Of a stretch of DNA of 64,000 nucleotides, positions 36,340 to 45,840 are shown piece after piece (position 1 is the stretch's first letter; each line of letters opens with the position of its first letter). The stretch covers positions 34,833 through 98,832 of the forward strand of contig JBDRHP010000011.1 of assembly GCA_043816785.1 (NCBI GenBank), given 5' to 3'. The notes below the pieces were generated by a model. The model saw only the letters and a list, made by a program, of their open reading frames with translations, had not been told where the DNA came from and ran no database searches. The position numbers and the translations under genes were made by a program. Source of the DNA: Candidatus Margulisiibacteriota bacterium (GTDB taxonomy: Bacteria; Margulisbacteria; WOR-1; O2-12-FULL-45-9).

Positions 36340-37503
36340 ATGCTAAAAAAAATACTCTTATTTTGTAGTTGTTTGCTTATTGCTCTAAGCAGTGCCTGGT
36401 CTGATGAGCTGATCGCTAAGATCGATTTTAATGACGCTGCAGTATTAGATGTTGTCCAGATCCTGGCCAGGCAGTCTGGTTTAGATGTTATAATCAGTGG
36501 AGACAACTCCATTGCCCAGAGCAAACGGACCTCCTTGCATTTAAAAAACGTTTCGGCTGAAGAAGCGATTGAGCATGTTTTGTTAACTAACGGCCTGACT
36601 TATGAGAAAAAAGGCAGCGCGATCCTGATCTCAATGTCGCCGCAGCTAACCAATGATAATGTTTTTCAAGGTGCGATAAAGATCGTTAAGCTCAAATATC
36701 TGACAGCAGAGAATGTTTCTGCCTTATTATCAAAAATACTCCCGGCTTTGAAGGCCAGCCAGGGAGGCAGCGAAAACACCCTGATTCTTCGCGGCAAAGA
36801 GCCTTTAATTCAGGCGGCTAACGATCTGATCAGCTCAATTGACCACCCAGTGCCCCAAATATTAATTGAGAGCAAGGTTTTGGAGCTATCTGAAGCTGAT
36901 TCAATGCGTCTTGGTTTATCTTATGGCAGTGAGCCTGGGACGTTTCGTTTTATTTCAGATAAAAGCACCCGCAAAACACAGCCAGCGACGGACCTGCTAA
37001 CGACCTTAAATGCGCTGGTTAGTGACGGCAAAGCCAATGTAGTGGCCACACCCAGGATCGCGACCCTGGATGGACATGAGGCAGTGATCAATATTGGCAG
37101 TCGTATTCCCTATGCCGTACCGGTCAGCAATGGTTCTGGCAGCACGCAGTGGACCGTTGAATATATTGATGCTGGAGTGAAATTAAAAATCACTCCCTGG
37201 CTGGGGGAGGCAAAACACGTTACCGCTTCCATCAAGCCAGAGGTCTCTTCTATTTCACAATGGAGGACTACCGCGGCCGGAGATTTTCCAATTATCAGTA
37301 CCAGGAACGCTCAAGCCACTCTAAGGGTTAAGGATGGGGAAACGATCGTGGTTGGCGGGCTGATTTCTGAGTCTAATCGGGAAAATGTTTCCAGGTTACC
37401 AGTGGTGGGTTATATTCCTTTAATCGGAATGTTGTTTCAGAATAAGACGCTGGAGAAAACGAAAACAGAAATTGTTTTTTTGATAACGCCACATGTTATC
37501 TGA
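36340..37503 (+). CDS. secretin family protein (short PilQ/GspD-like)
   Basis: The C-terminal secretin domain is TPRIATLDGHEAVINIG...VVGGLISE...VSRLPVVGYIPLIGMLFQNK...EIVFLITPHVI. The N-terminal domain is STN-like, with a signal peptide. Confidence 0.75.
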   Translation: MLKKILLFCSCLLIALSSAWSDELIAKIDFNDAAVLDVVQILARQSGLDVIISGDNSIAQSKRTSLHLKNVSAEEAIEHVLLTNGLTYEKKGSAILISMSPQLTNDNVFQGAIKIVKLKYLTAENVSALLSKILPALKASQGGSENTLILRGKEPLIQAANDLISSIDHPVPQILIESKVLELSEADSMRLGLSYGSEPGTFRFISDKSTRKTQPATDLLTTLNALVSDGKANVVATPRIATLDGHEAVINIGSRIPYAVPVSNGSGSTQWTVEYIDAGVKLKITPWLGEAKHVTASIKPEVSSISQWRTTAAGDFPIISTRNAQATLRVKDGETIVVGGLISESNRENVSRLPVVGYIPLIGMLFQNKTLEKTKTEIVFLITPHVI

Positions 37504-38229
37504 TCAAAGCGGGACGATTTTTATTTTTCCCTGGACCCCAATTTGATCATCTTTTACAATTAAGACCCCATCCAGGCCCCGGATCTTCTTAGCTAATTTA
37601 AGGCCGTTCCCAATGTCTGTGACCTCTTTTATCACATTGCCAATGGCTGTTGCTGCTGCGTCAGCCAGGGGGGCGCTCCTGGCAATTACCACCACGGCAT
37701 CCGCTTGGCCAAAGCTAAAGGAATGGCCCACAGTTCCCGAAGAAGTACAAACCGCAAAGGGTTCTTCGCGCGGTTCTATTTCCAGCCCGATCTTTTCTGA
37801 AAAGGGTGAGCTGCCTGCAAAAAGGCCGACCTTGCGCGGTTGTTTTATTTTTAAAAAGATGTCGCCGCCGTTTTCAACAATTAGCTCATCGCTGAATTCC
37901 AAAAGATCTTTACCTACAAATTGGGCGATCGTCCCGGCTACGGCAGCCATGGGGCCGACCTTGGCCCGGCGAGCAGCCTTGGCCATCTCTTTGACGATTG
38001 GCGGAGCGTCGTAGCGCACGCGGTGAGGGGAAAAGGTTTTGGCGAATTGCGGATCAACCGCGATATAGCGCTCGATCTCTGCGCGGTATTTTACAACATA
38101 AGCCAGGGCTTTGTCATAGAGGTTCTTATCGGCGAGAATAAGCAGGTCGGTTTCTTTCTCAATTATCTCAAACTTAATGAGGTTTTCCGCTTTAACATAA
38201 TTTCGATAAGCTCGTGTTTGATAGACCAT
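37504..38229 (-). CDS. UPF0280-like protein (ApbE-like fold), function unknown
   Basis: 241 aa. Motifs GPMAAVAG and CTSSGTVGHSFSFGQADAV resemble the UPF0280 family as I recall it. Confidence 0.4.
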   Translation of the reverse strand: MVYQTRAYRNYVKAENLIKFEIIEKETDLLILADKNLYDKALAYVVKYRAEIERYIAVDPQFAKTFSPHRVRYDAPPIVKEMAKAARRAKVGPMAAVAGTIAQFVGKDLLEFSDELIVENGGDIFLKIKQPRKVGLFAGSSPFSEKIGLEIEPREEPFAVCTSSGTVGHSFSFGQADAVVVIARSAPLADAAATAIGNVIKEVTDIGNGLKLAKKIRGLDGVLIVKDDQIGVQGKIKIVPL

Positions 38230-38244
38230 GTTATAATATCCTTT

Positions 38245-38973
38245 ATGCTATACGGAATTATATCAGATATTCACGGTAATTTGGAGGCATTGGACGTTGT
38301 GCTCAACAAGTTATCCCGGGTAGATAAACTCGTTTGTCTGGGGGATATTGTTGGTTATGGACCGAATCCAAATGAATGTGTAGAGAAAATAAGGGAGTTG
38401 AAGATGCCCTGTGTGCTGGGCAACCACGAAGCCGTAGGGATCGGCAAAACTGATTCAACCTGGTTTAATAGCAATGCGCGCGCAGCGATCCAATGGACTC
38501 AAAGGGTGATTTTTCAAGATAATCTTGATTATTTGAGGGACTTACCCTTAAGGCTGGAAGAAGATGGTTTTGAAATGGTCCATGGAAGTTTACGCAACCC
38601 AATAGAAGAATATATTACCAGCATTGCTGATGCCCTGCCGACTTTTAAAAAAATGGTCAAACCAATCTGTTTTGTTGGTCATTCGCACATCCCGCTTTAT
38701 ATCGCTTTAAAAAAAGATGGCAACTATGTTGGCGGAGACCTAAGCGATGGCGAGGAGATCCTGACTGACGAGTATGAAAAAGTTATCATTAATGTTGGGG
38801 CAGTGGGACAGCCGCGAGATAAGGATCCCCGCGCCAGCTTTGGTATCTATGATTCAAAAACGAGACTATTTAGCCTGCATCGCGTTGTCTACAATATTGA
38901 CCAGGTCCAGCAAAAAATGAAGGCCGTTGGTTTGCCTCAGCGTCTAATTGATAGGCTGGCAACTGGCAAATAA
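38245..38973 (+). CDS. metallophosphoesterase (YfcE/MPP family)
   Basis: DIHGN, LGDIVGYGP and GNHE metal-binding motifs in order. The extended -10 TGTTATAAT at 38229-38237 ends 7 nt before the ATG, so the transcript is leaderless. Confidence 0.8.
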   Translation: MLYGIISDIHGNLEALDVVLNKLSRVDKLVCLGDIVGYGPNPNECVEKIRELKMPCVLGNHEAVGIGKTDSTWFNSNARAAIQWTQRVIFQDNLDYLRDLPLRLEEDGFEMVHGSLRNPIEEYITSIADALPTFKKMVKPICFVGHSHIPLYIALKKDGNYVGGDLSDGEEILTDEYEKVIINVGAVGQPRDKDPRASFGIYDSKTRLFSLHRVVYNIDQVQQKMKAVGLPQRLIDRLATGK

Positions 38974-39043
38974 ACTGAAATTTTTTCTTAAATCCCCGAT
39001 AAATTATAAGAAGTTTTAATCATCTAAATTGGAGGGCAAATTC

Positions 39044-39499
39044 ATGGTTGTACTTGGCAGGACGGTGAGGGTTACTCCTCAGGCATTAGAAAGCATTGTC
39101 CGCAAGAACAGAGTTATGATTCATGTTGAGGGTAGGAACATTCGCATGGCACAGACTGTGCTTTGGGGTGCTGTGGCTGGCTATAAGAGTATTCAGGCTG
39201 AGATTAAGGGAAAACAATTGGTTTTATCTGAGCGTGATTACCGAGGTAACCCTACCGCTGAGCAGCATAAACTGCGCATCTTGCAACTAATGAATTCAGA
39301 CATAAGAGAATTAGTTATGCCCCAAGACTTTCTTTACGGTCATGCAGAGCGGTTAATTGAAGAAGTTGGGAGTTGTTTATTGCTGAAAATCAAAGGAGCT
39401 TGGCAATCAGGCAGACTTATTTCTGGACAAATGTCTCTGGTTGTTGGCACAGAGACAGCTGAAGAGCAAACTTACGGATTGCTAATACTTAATGACTGA
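39044..39499 (+). CDS. hypothetical protein (151 aa)
   Basis: The SD GGAGGG sits 7 nt upstream of the ATG at 39044. No recognisable motif. Confidence 0.4.
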   Translation: MVVLGRTVRVTPQALESIVRKNRVMIHVEGRNIRMAQTVLWGAVAGYKSIQAEIKGKQLVLSERDYRGNPTAEQHKLRILQLMNSDIRELVMPQDFLYGHAERLIEEVGSCLLLKIKGAWQSGRLISGQMSLVVGTETAEEQTYGLLILND

Positions 39500-39505
39500 T
39501 TGTTT

Positions 39506-40132
39506 CTATAATGTTCCCTTAGTAGAAGGAACGCCCTTTTTCCGGGGATTGATTTCACAAGCTCTTCTCAATGCAACTCCAAAAGCTTTAAAAATCGCTT
39601 CGATTTTGTGATGTGTATTCTTGCCTCTTTTTAAATCAACATGTAAGGTTACGCCGGCTTTGTAGACAAAAGCTTCGAAAAATTCCCGCAGCATTTCCGC
39701 GTCTAAAAAGAGCTTTACTCTTTCTTTGCCGAGCTGGGCATAAATCAGCTCTTTAGGGAATTTAGCCTTAAAAGTAAAGTGGGGCCGGCCGCTGATGTCC
39801 ACGGCAGTTTTAACCTCAGCCAGGGACTCATCCATGGGAACAACGGCATGGCCATAGCGTTCTATCTTCTTCTTAGGGCCCAAAGCTTTTTTAAATGCTT
39901 CGCCCAAGGTCAACCCCGTATCTTCGATCAGGTGATGCATGTCTATCTCAATATCGCCTTTGGCCGCAAGTTTAAGGTCGAAGAGGCCGTGCTTGGAAAA
40001 AAGAGTAAACATATGGCCTAAAAAAGGGATCGGGTAATTGATCTTGCTCTTACCCTGGCCGTCAACAGTTAGTTCGATATTTATGCTGGTTTCTTTTGTT
40101 TTACGCTGGATCTGGCTCTTTCTTTTCTTCAT
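39506..40132 (-). CDS. hisB: imidazoleglycerol-phosphate dehydratase
   Basis: RKTKETSINIEL...GHMF...DMHHLIEDTG are the IGPD metal-binding motifs, at 208 aa. No other his genes nearby. Confidence 0.85.
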   Translation of the reverse strand: MKKRKSQIQRKTKETSINIELTVDGQGKSKINYPIPFLGHMFTLFSKHGLFDLKLAAKGDIEIDMHHLIEDTGLTLGEAFKKALGPKKKIERYGHAVVPMDESLAEVKTAVDISGRPHFTFKAKFPKELIYAQLGKERVKLFLDAEMLREFFEAFVYKAGVTLHVDLKRGKNTHHKIEAIFKAFGVALRRACEINPRKKGVPSTKGTL

Positions 40133-40409
40133 TTTTAATTGCTCCGCCCTGCCTGCCGGCAGGCAGGCTTTCTAAATCTTTTATTTTCTTTTCCAATTCT
40201 CTGATCTTTTTTGCGGTTTTAATATACTGCGGCACACCAAACAGGCTGGCCATTATCACGCCGACCAAAGCTGAAAAGAGCACGACTAAGGCCAGGGAAA
40301 CTGCCGGAGCCTGCCAAAAGAAAAAACTAACCGAGACCGTAGCGCTATTTAATGAGGCAAAACCGGCGATCAAAATAGCAATTAATATCGCGATGATCAA
40401 TCCCCACAT
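40101..40409 (-). CDS. LapA-like (DUF1049) small membrane protein
   Basis: 102 aa with two TM segments and a coiled-coil tail (KKIRELEKKIKDLE). It lies immediately downstream of ruvB. Confidence 0.45.
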   Translation of the reverse strand: MWGLIIAILIAILIAGFASLNSATVSVSFFFWQAPAVSLALVVLFSALVGVIMASLFGVPQYIKTAKKIRELEKKIKDLESLPAGRQGGAIKNEEKKEPDPA

Positions 40410-40412
40410 AAT

Positions 40413-41456
40413 TTAATCCTCCTTGAATAAAGATGCTTGGTCTATTTTATCAGATTTTGTAAAAGCAATCCCTAGGTGTTTGTAGGCGGCTTTGGTCGTG
40501 ACCCGGCCCCGAGGTGTCCTTTCAATAAAGCCCAGCTCGAGCAGATAAGGTTCGTAAACATCTTCAATGGTTAAGGAATCTTCATGAATCGAGGCGGCCA
40601 AGGAATCTACCCCTACCGGACCGCCGGAAAACTTCTGGATGATCGCCCTTAGTATCTTTCGATCAACTTTGTCCAGACCTAACTCATCGATTTCCAGTCC
40701 CTCCAGGGCCTTTTTAGCGATCTCCTGGGTTATCTTACCGGTTGATTTTACCTGGGCATAGTCACGCACCCGCCTGAGCAGGCGATTGGCGATCCGGGGA
40801 GTGCCGCGCGAACGCTTAGCTATCTCATGCGCGCCGGCTTTTTCAACCTCGATATTTAGGACTCGCGCTGCGCGCTGAACTATTTGCTCCAGCTCATTGG
40901 CATCGTAGAATTCCAGCCGGCTGATCATGCCGAACCGGTCGCGCAGGGGAGAAGAAAGCTGGCCAATCCTGGTGGTCGCTCCGATCAAAGTAAATTTGGG
41001 CAGGTCCAGCCTGATCGATCGAGCGCTAGGTCCTTTGCCGATCACAATGTCAAGACCAAAATCTTCCATGGCTGGATAAAGCACTTCTTCAACAACTCGA
41101 TTCAGTCGATGGATCTCATCAATGAACAAAACATCGCTCTTCTTCAAATTAGTTAAAATGGCAGCCAGATCACCGGGCCGCTCAATGGCTGGGCCGGAAG
41201 TTACGCGGCAGTTAACGCCCATTTCGTTAGCAATGATGTTGGCCAGGGTGGTTTTACCTAAACCTGGAGGGCCGTAGAAAAGGAGGTGCTCCAGATTTTC
41301 CTGGCGGCCCTTGACTGCACTGATGTGAATATTCAGGTTCTCTTTGATCTTTTCCTGGCCAATAAAGTTCTTAAATGTTTTTGGCCGCAAGCCCTCAAAA
41401 GCCTTATCTTCTTCTTTTCTCTCAAAGGTAATTATCCTTTCCTGCTTATCCGTCAC
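40413..41456 (-). CDS. ruvB: Holliday junction branch migration helicase RuvB
   Basis: [12 protein letters not shown]...[16 protein letters not shown]...LFIDEIHRL. The AAA+ domain and winged-helix C-terminus are typical of RuvB. Confidence 0.9.
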   Translation of the reverse strand: MTDKQERIITFERKEEDKAFEGLRPKTFKNFIGQEKIKENLNIHISAVKGRQENLEHLLFYGPPGLGKTTLANIIANEMGVNCRVTSGPAIERPGDLAAILTNLKKSDVLFIDEIHRLNRVVEEVLYPAMEDFGLDIVIGKGPSARSIRLDLPKFTLIGATTRIGQLSSPLRDRFGMISRLEFYDANELEQIVQRAARVLNIEVEKAGAHEIAKRSRGTPRIANRLLRRVRDYAQVKSTGKITQEIAKKALEGLEIDELGLDKVDRKILRAIIQKFSGGPVGVDSLAASIHEDSLTIEDVYEPYLLELGFIERTPRGRVTTKAAYKHLGIAFTKSDKIDQASLFKED

Positions 41457-43548
41457 TGGAGTAGGTCCTCTTGTAACCGTAATAGCTTTTCATGACCTTT
41501 TTTACGTAGTTCCTGGTTTCCCAAAGAGGAATATCTTCGACAAATTCATCCAGATCGAATTGTTGGTACTTTTTTAGCCATTTTTCAACTCTGACCGGCC
41601 CGCCATTATACCCAGCCAAAGCTAAAGAAATATTGCCGTTAAAACGCCTGATCAGGCCAGCAAGATAGTAAGTGCCCATCTGAATATTGATGCGCGGATC
41701 ATACATGTTCCAGCGTGAGTAGCTCAGTCCCAGATCGCGAGAGATGCTGCGGCCTGTGCTGGGAATGATCTGCATCAGGCCATGAGCCCGGGAGCGGGAA
41801 AGCGCCTGGGATTTAAAGCGGCTTTCTTCGCGGATCACCGCATAAGTCAAATGAGGGTCAAGACCGTACATTTTTGAGTATTTTTCTACATAGCTCCAGT
41901 AACCGCGCGGATACGAGAACCGCCACAGGCGCGGGTCGATTCCGGCCAGAGAGCCGGAGAGCATGGCATCATTGATCTTTTTATCGGCAAACCAGATTGG
42001 CTTGGCAAATTTACCTTTCATAACATAGGCATTGTATTTAGCCAGGCTAACTTTTTCTTTTTTGATCAAGGGAACCTTTTCCTCAATAAATGCCGCTTCC
42101 TCAACAGCTTCGTCGCCTAAATCCAGGGCGAGAAGTTCTTGGTATTTTCGTTCGTGACTGGTGGTTTCAACAGAATCACCGTCTAGATCTGAAATAACTT
42201 CAGACAAATCAGGAATGGCGTTGGGGTTGAGGGAAATGCCATTTTTGGCCAGTTCTTCACGGGCGCGATAAGCGTAATAAGAATGATCATGCCTGGCGAC
42301 CGTGGTTTTGTAGGCCATAATTGCTTTATCGGTTTTGCCGGCTTTTTCCGCGCATTTAGCAGCCCAGAAGAGCAGGCGATCAGACACCTTGTCGGCCGGA
42401 AGCTCAAGCGCACGGGCAAAATTTTGATAAGCCTCTTCATAGCGGCCCTGTTTGTAATAAATGTTGCCGATCAGCCAGACAATGTCAGGAAAAAGCTCTG
42501 AGTTGGGATAGCTGGTGGCCAGTTTTTCATAGGTCAAAAGGGCCTGTTCTGTTTGGTTCATCTGAGTGTAATAGCGGCCAAGGTAGCTGAGGGCATCATC
42601 AGCAGAATGGCTGTTGGGATAACTGGCAACAATTTTTTCCAGGAGGGAAATACTGGCCCGTGGGCTATTTTGATAATCATAGGTAAGAGCTAGATAGAAC
42701 ATGGCTTCTGGTTTTGAGTCCCGGTCCAGATTTATTGCCTGGCTAAAATATTTTGCTGCGGTATCCAGCTTGCCGTTCCTTAAAAAGATCCTGCCGAGCA
42801 TTAATAACGCTTCATCATAAAAGGAACTCTTCTTATAGAATTTTGTCAAACGGTAAAAACATTCTTTGGCCCCGGCGTAATTTTTTTTATCAAAATATTT
42901 TACGCCCAGGTTATATTGCGCGGCAGCGGGGACTTCGTAGCCAGCTAAGTGCTTGCTCTTGGCCAGGTGGTCTAACCTAATTAAGGCTTTTTCAGACCAG
43001 TCGCTGCTGGGATGAAGCAGGTCCAGATTGCGGTAAACGCGGGCTGCGTCAGCGTAGTTCCCCTGCTGCTCAAGAACTGAGCCGAGCAGATATCGTGCCT
43101 GGTCCACCTCCTCATAGGTGGGGAAGCGGGCGATCAAATCCCTTAAGGTTTTAGCAGCGGTCTCAGGCTGGCGGTCCTCCAGCTGAAGCTGGGCCATGGC
43201 AAACAGGGAGTGGGGCACCAGCACGCTATCCTTAAAATCGCCCAGAACAATGCTGTAAACCTGTAGGGCTTCCTTAACGTGATGTTTTTTTTGATAGGCC
43301 TGGGCAATATAGTAATAGCTGTAATCAAGCAAGGGATAGGAATAGTCATTTAGGGTGAGTTTAAAGCTATTTATGGCTGCGTAGTATTTTCCCTCAGCTA
43401 ATAAATTGTACCCCTCTTTAAACGCGGGCCGTGCCTCCAGTGTGGCTGAGAAGGCAGGGAAAGCCTGCGTTAATAAAAAGGAGAGAGAGAGTAAAACCAA
43501 CTGTAAGCGCATAAATGTAATTATAGCGCAGCTTGTCATAGAATACAA
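41446..43548 (-). CDS. soluble lytic murein transglycosylase (Slt) with N-terminal TPR-like superhelix
   Basis: Signal peptide, multiple TPR-like repeats, and the C-terminal SLT domain [30 protein letters not shown]. Confidence 0.8.
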   Translation of the reverse strand: MYSMTSCAIITFMRLQLVLLSLSFLLTQAFPAFSATLEARPAFKEGYNLLAEGKYYAAINSFKLTLNDYSYPLLDYSYYYIAQAYQKKHHVKEALQVYSIVLGDFKDSVLVPHSLFAMAQLQLEDRQPETAAKTLRDLIARFPTYEEVDQARYLLGSVLEQQGNYADAARVYRNLDLLHPSSDWSEKALIRLDHLAKSKHLAGYEVPAAAQYNLGVKYFDKKNYAGAKECFYRLTKFYKKSSFYDEALLMLGRIFLRNGKLDTAAKYFSQAINLDRDSKPEAMFYLALTYDYQNSPRASISLLEKIVASYPNSHSADDALSYLGRYYTQMNQTEQALLTYEKLATSYPNSELFPDIVWLIGNIYYKQGRYEEAYQNFARALELPADKVSDRLLFWAAKCAEKAGKTDKAIMAYKTTVARHDHSYYAYRAREELAKNGISLNPNAIPDLSEVISDLDGDSVETTSHERKYQELLALDLGDEAVEEAAFIEEKVPLIKKEKVSLAKYNAYVMKGKFAKPIWFADKKINDAMLSGSLAGIDPRLWRFSYPRGYWSYVEKYSKMYGLDPHLTYAVIREESRFKSQALSRSRAHGLMQIIPSTGRSISRDLGLSYSRWNMYDPRINIQMGTYYLAGLIRRFNGNISLALAGYNGGPVRVEKWLKKYQQFDLDEFVEDIPLWETRNYVKKVMKSYYGYKRTYSSDG

Positions 43549-43582
43549 TTTTGGCTATACTTATAGTCTGGAGAACCAATTC

Positions 43583-45838
43583 GTGTTGTTCAAAACTATT
43601 ATCAAATACACTGCCTTATTTGTTTTTTGCGCTTTGCTTGTTTTGCTGATAGCGGGCCTGCTTTTCTTTCGGCCGGCTGCGCCATCTTTGCAGCAGGTGT
43701 TAGATCAACAGCCTTTGTCATCGCCAGATTTTCGTTCAATAATTCCCGCTTGGCTTGCTATGTTAGCGGTATCTTTTTTTTCCTTCCTGGGCATCCAGCT
43801 TTATGAAATAGTCCGGGACAAAATAAATAGCCCCAAATTGTTCTCTGACATGGAACAAGCAGCCTTGCCCATCAGGATTGAGCGGCCTGCCCTGGTATTG
43901 CCCAACCCGGAGACCCAAAAACCCAAGGTGATCTACGGCCAGTCCTTGTTTACGGAGTATGATATTTTTCTTTTTAAAGAAGGGAACCACTCCAGGCTCC
44001 AGGACAAACTGGGCGCGCATTTAATGACTATAGACAAAGAGCCGGGGGTTTATTTTGCCGTCTGGGCGCCGAACGCGGAAAAGGTTTCCGTGATCGGGGA
44101 TTTCAACTATTGGACCCCCGATGAATATTTGCTGGCGCCGCGCTGGGACGGATCAGGTATCTGGGAAGGTTTTGTCCCCGGGCTTAAGGACCATTCGCTT
44201 TACAAATATCATATTACTTCCAAATATAATGGTTTCCGGATTGAAAAAGGCGATCCCTATGCTTTTTTCTGGGAAACCGCGCCGCGCACAGCCTCGATTG
44301 TCTGGTCGCTGGATTATCAGTGGGGGGATGAGGCGTGGCTGCGCCAGCGGGGCCAGGCTAATGCCTTGAACGCGCCGATGTCAGTTTACGAGGTCCATTT
44401 AGGCTCGTGGCGCAGGGTGCCGGAGGAGGGGAACCGTTCCCTCAATTATCGGGAAATGGCCCATCATCTGGCGGATTATTGCAAACAGACAGGGTTTACC
44501 CATGTTGAGTTCCTGCCGGTTATGGAGCATCCATTTTATGGCTCCTGGGGGTATCAGACCACAGGTTATTTTGCGCCAACCAGCCGCTACGGCACGCCGC
44601 AGGATTTTATGTATCTGGTTGATCATTTGCATCAAAACGGTATTGGCGTGATCATTGACTGGGTGCCTTCGCATTTTCCCTCTGATCAACACGGTTTGGC
44701 CTATTTTGACGGCACCCATCTCTATGAACACGAAGATCCCAGAAAAGGTTTTCACCCGGACTGGAAGAGCTATATTTTTAATTATGGCCGAAATGAGGTC
44801 AAAGGTTTCCTAATCAGTAGCGCCCTGTTTTGGTTGGAGAAATATCACATTGATTGTATCAGGATCGACGCAGTCGCCTCCATGATCTATCTGGACTATT
44901 CTAGGAAAGAAGGAGAATGGATCCCTAATGAGCATGGCGGGCGGGAAAATCTGGAAGCAATGCATTTCCTGCAGCGGCTCAATCAGGTTGTTTATGGCGA
45001 GCACCCAGACGTGCAAACTATTGCCGAGGAATCAACTGCCTGGCCCATGGTAACGCGGCCAATTGACATGGGCGGTCTTGGTTTTGGCCTTAAATGGAAC
45101 ATGGGCTGGATGCACGATACCCTTAAGTATATTTCACAAGATCCGATCTTTCGGAAGTATCACCAGGATGAGTTGTCTTTCAGCCTCTGGTACGCTTTTT
45201 TTGAGAACTTTATGCTTTCTTTGTCCCATGACGAAGTGGTCCATGGCAAAGGCTCAATGTTTGGCAAAATGCCTGGCGATGACTGGCAAAAATTTGCTAA
45301 TCTGCGGCTGCTTTATGGCTACATGTTTGGTCATCCGGGCAAGAAACTGCTTTTTATGGGCTGTGAATTTGGCCAGTGGAAAGAATGGACCCATGAAGAA
45401 AGCTTGGAATGGCACGCGCTCGATTATGCACCGCACCAGCAGCTGCTGAACTGGGTTAGTGACCTTAATCATCTCTATCGGGCTGAACCATCACTTTTTG
45501 AAAATGATTTTGGCCAGGACGGCTTTGAATGGATTGACTTTGGTGACCACCAAAACAGTGTCATTAGTTTTATTCGCAAAGGCCGCTCCAACAGCGACAT
45601 CCTGCTGGTAGTCTGTAATTTTACTCCAGTGCCCCGATTAAATTATCGGGTGGGGGTGCCGGTTGACGGTTTCTGGCAGGAAAAGCTGAATAGCGATGCC
45701 AGGGAATATGGCGGCAGCGGCCTGGGCAACTTTGGCGGCTTTGCGGCTGATCCGGTGCCAGCGCATGGCAGACCATTTTCTCTAAATTTAACGCTCCCGC
45801 CGTTGGGTGTGGTATTTTTTAAGAGCAGCGGAAGATAA
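43583..45838 (+). CDS. glgB: 1,4-alpha-glucan branching enzyme GlgB (possible N-terminal 2-TM extension; alternative start ATG 43850)
   Basis: CBM48 ([21 protein letters not shown]). The GH13 catalytic regions are [33 protein letters not shown] and [10 protein letters not shown]. The in-frame upstream stretch encodes two hydrophobic helices after GTG 43583, which has GGAG 9 nt upstream. Confidence 0.8.
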   Translation: MLFKTIIKYTALFVFCALLVLLIAGLLFFRPAAPSLQQVLDQQPLSSPDFRSIIPAWLAMLAVSFFSFLGIQLYEIVRDKINSPKLFSDMEQAALPIRIERPALVLPNPETQKPKVIYGQSLFTEYDIFLFKEGNHSRLQDKLGAHLMTIDKEPGVYFAVWAPNAEKVSVIGDFNYWTPDEYLLAPRWDGSGIWEGFVPGLKDHSLYKYHITSKYNGFRIEKGDPYAFFWETAPRTASIVWSLDYQWGDEAWLRQRGQANALNAPMSVYEVHLGSWRRVPEEGNRSLNYREMAHHLADYCKQTGFTHVEFLPVMEHPFYGSWGYQTTGYFAPTSRYGTPQDFMYLVDHLHQNGIGVIIDWVPSHFPSDQHGLAYFDGTHLYEHEDPRKGFHPDWKSYIFNYGRNEVKGFLISSALFWLEKYHIDCIRIDAVASMIYLDYSRKEGEWIPNEHGGRENLEAMHFLQRLNQVVYGEHPDVQTIAEESTAWPMVTRPIDMGGLGFGLKWNMGWMHDTLKYISQDPIFRKYHQDELSFSLWYAFFENFMLSLSHDEVVHGKGSMFGKMPGDDWQKFANLRLLYGYMFGHPGKKLLFMGCEFGQWKEWTHEESLEWHALDYAPHQQLLNWVSDLNHLYRAEPSLFENDFGQDGFEWIDFGDHQNSVISFIRKGRSNSDILLVVCNFTPVPRLNYRVGVPVDGFWQEKLNSDAREYGGSGLGNFGGFAADPVPAHGRPFSLNLTLPPLGVVFFKSSGR

Positions 45839-45840
45839 AG

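Noticed and set aside
43406-43548. Upstream ATG start of the glgB ORF at 43406
   Set aside because: It overlaps the slt N-terminal coding region on the opposite strand for about 140 nt. The GTG at 43583 with its SD, or the ATG at 43850, is more plausible.
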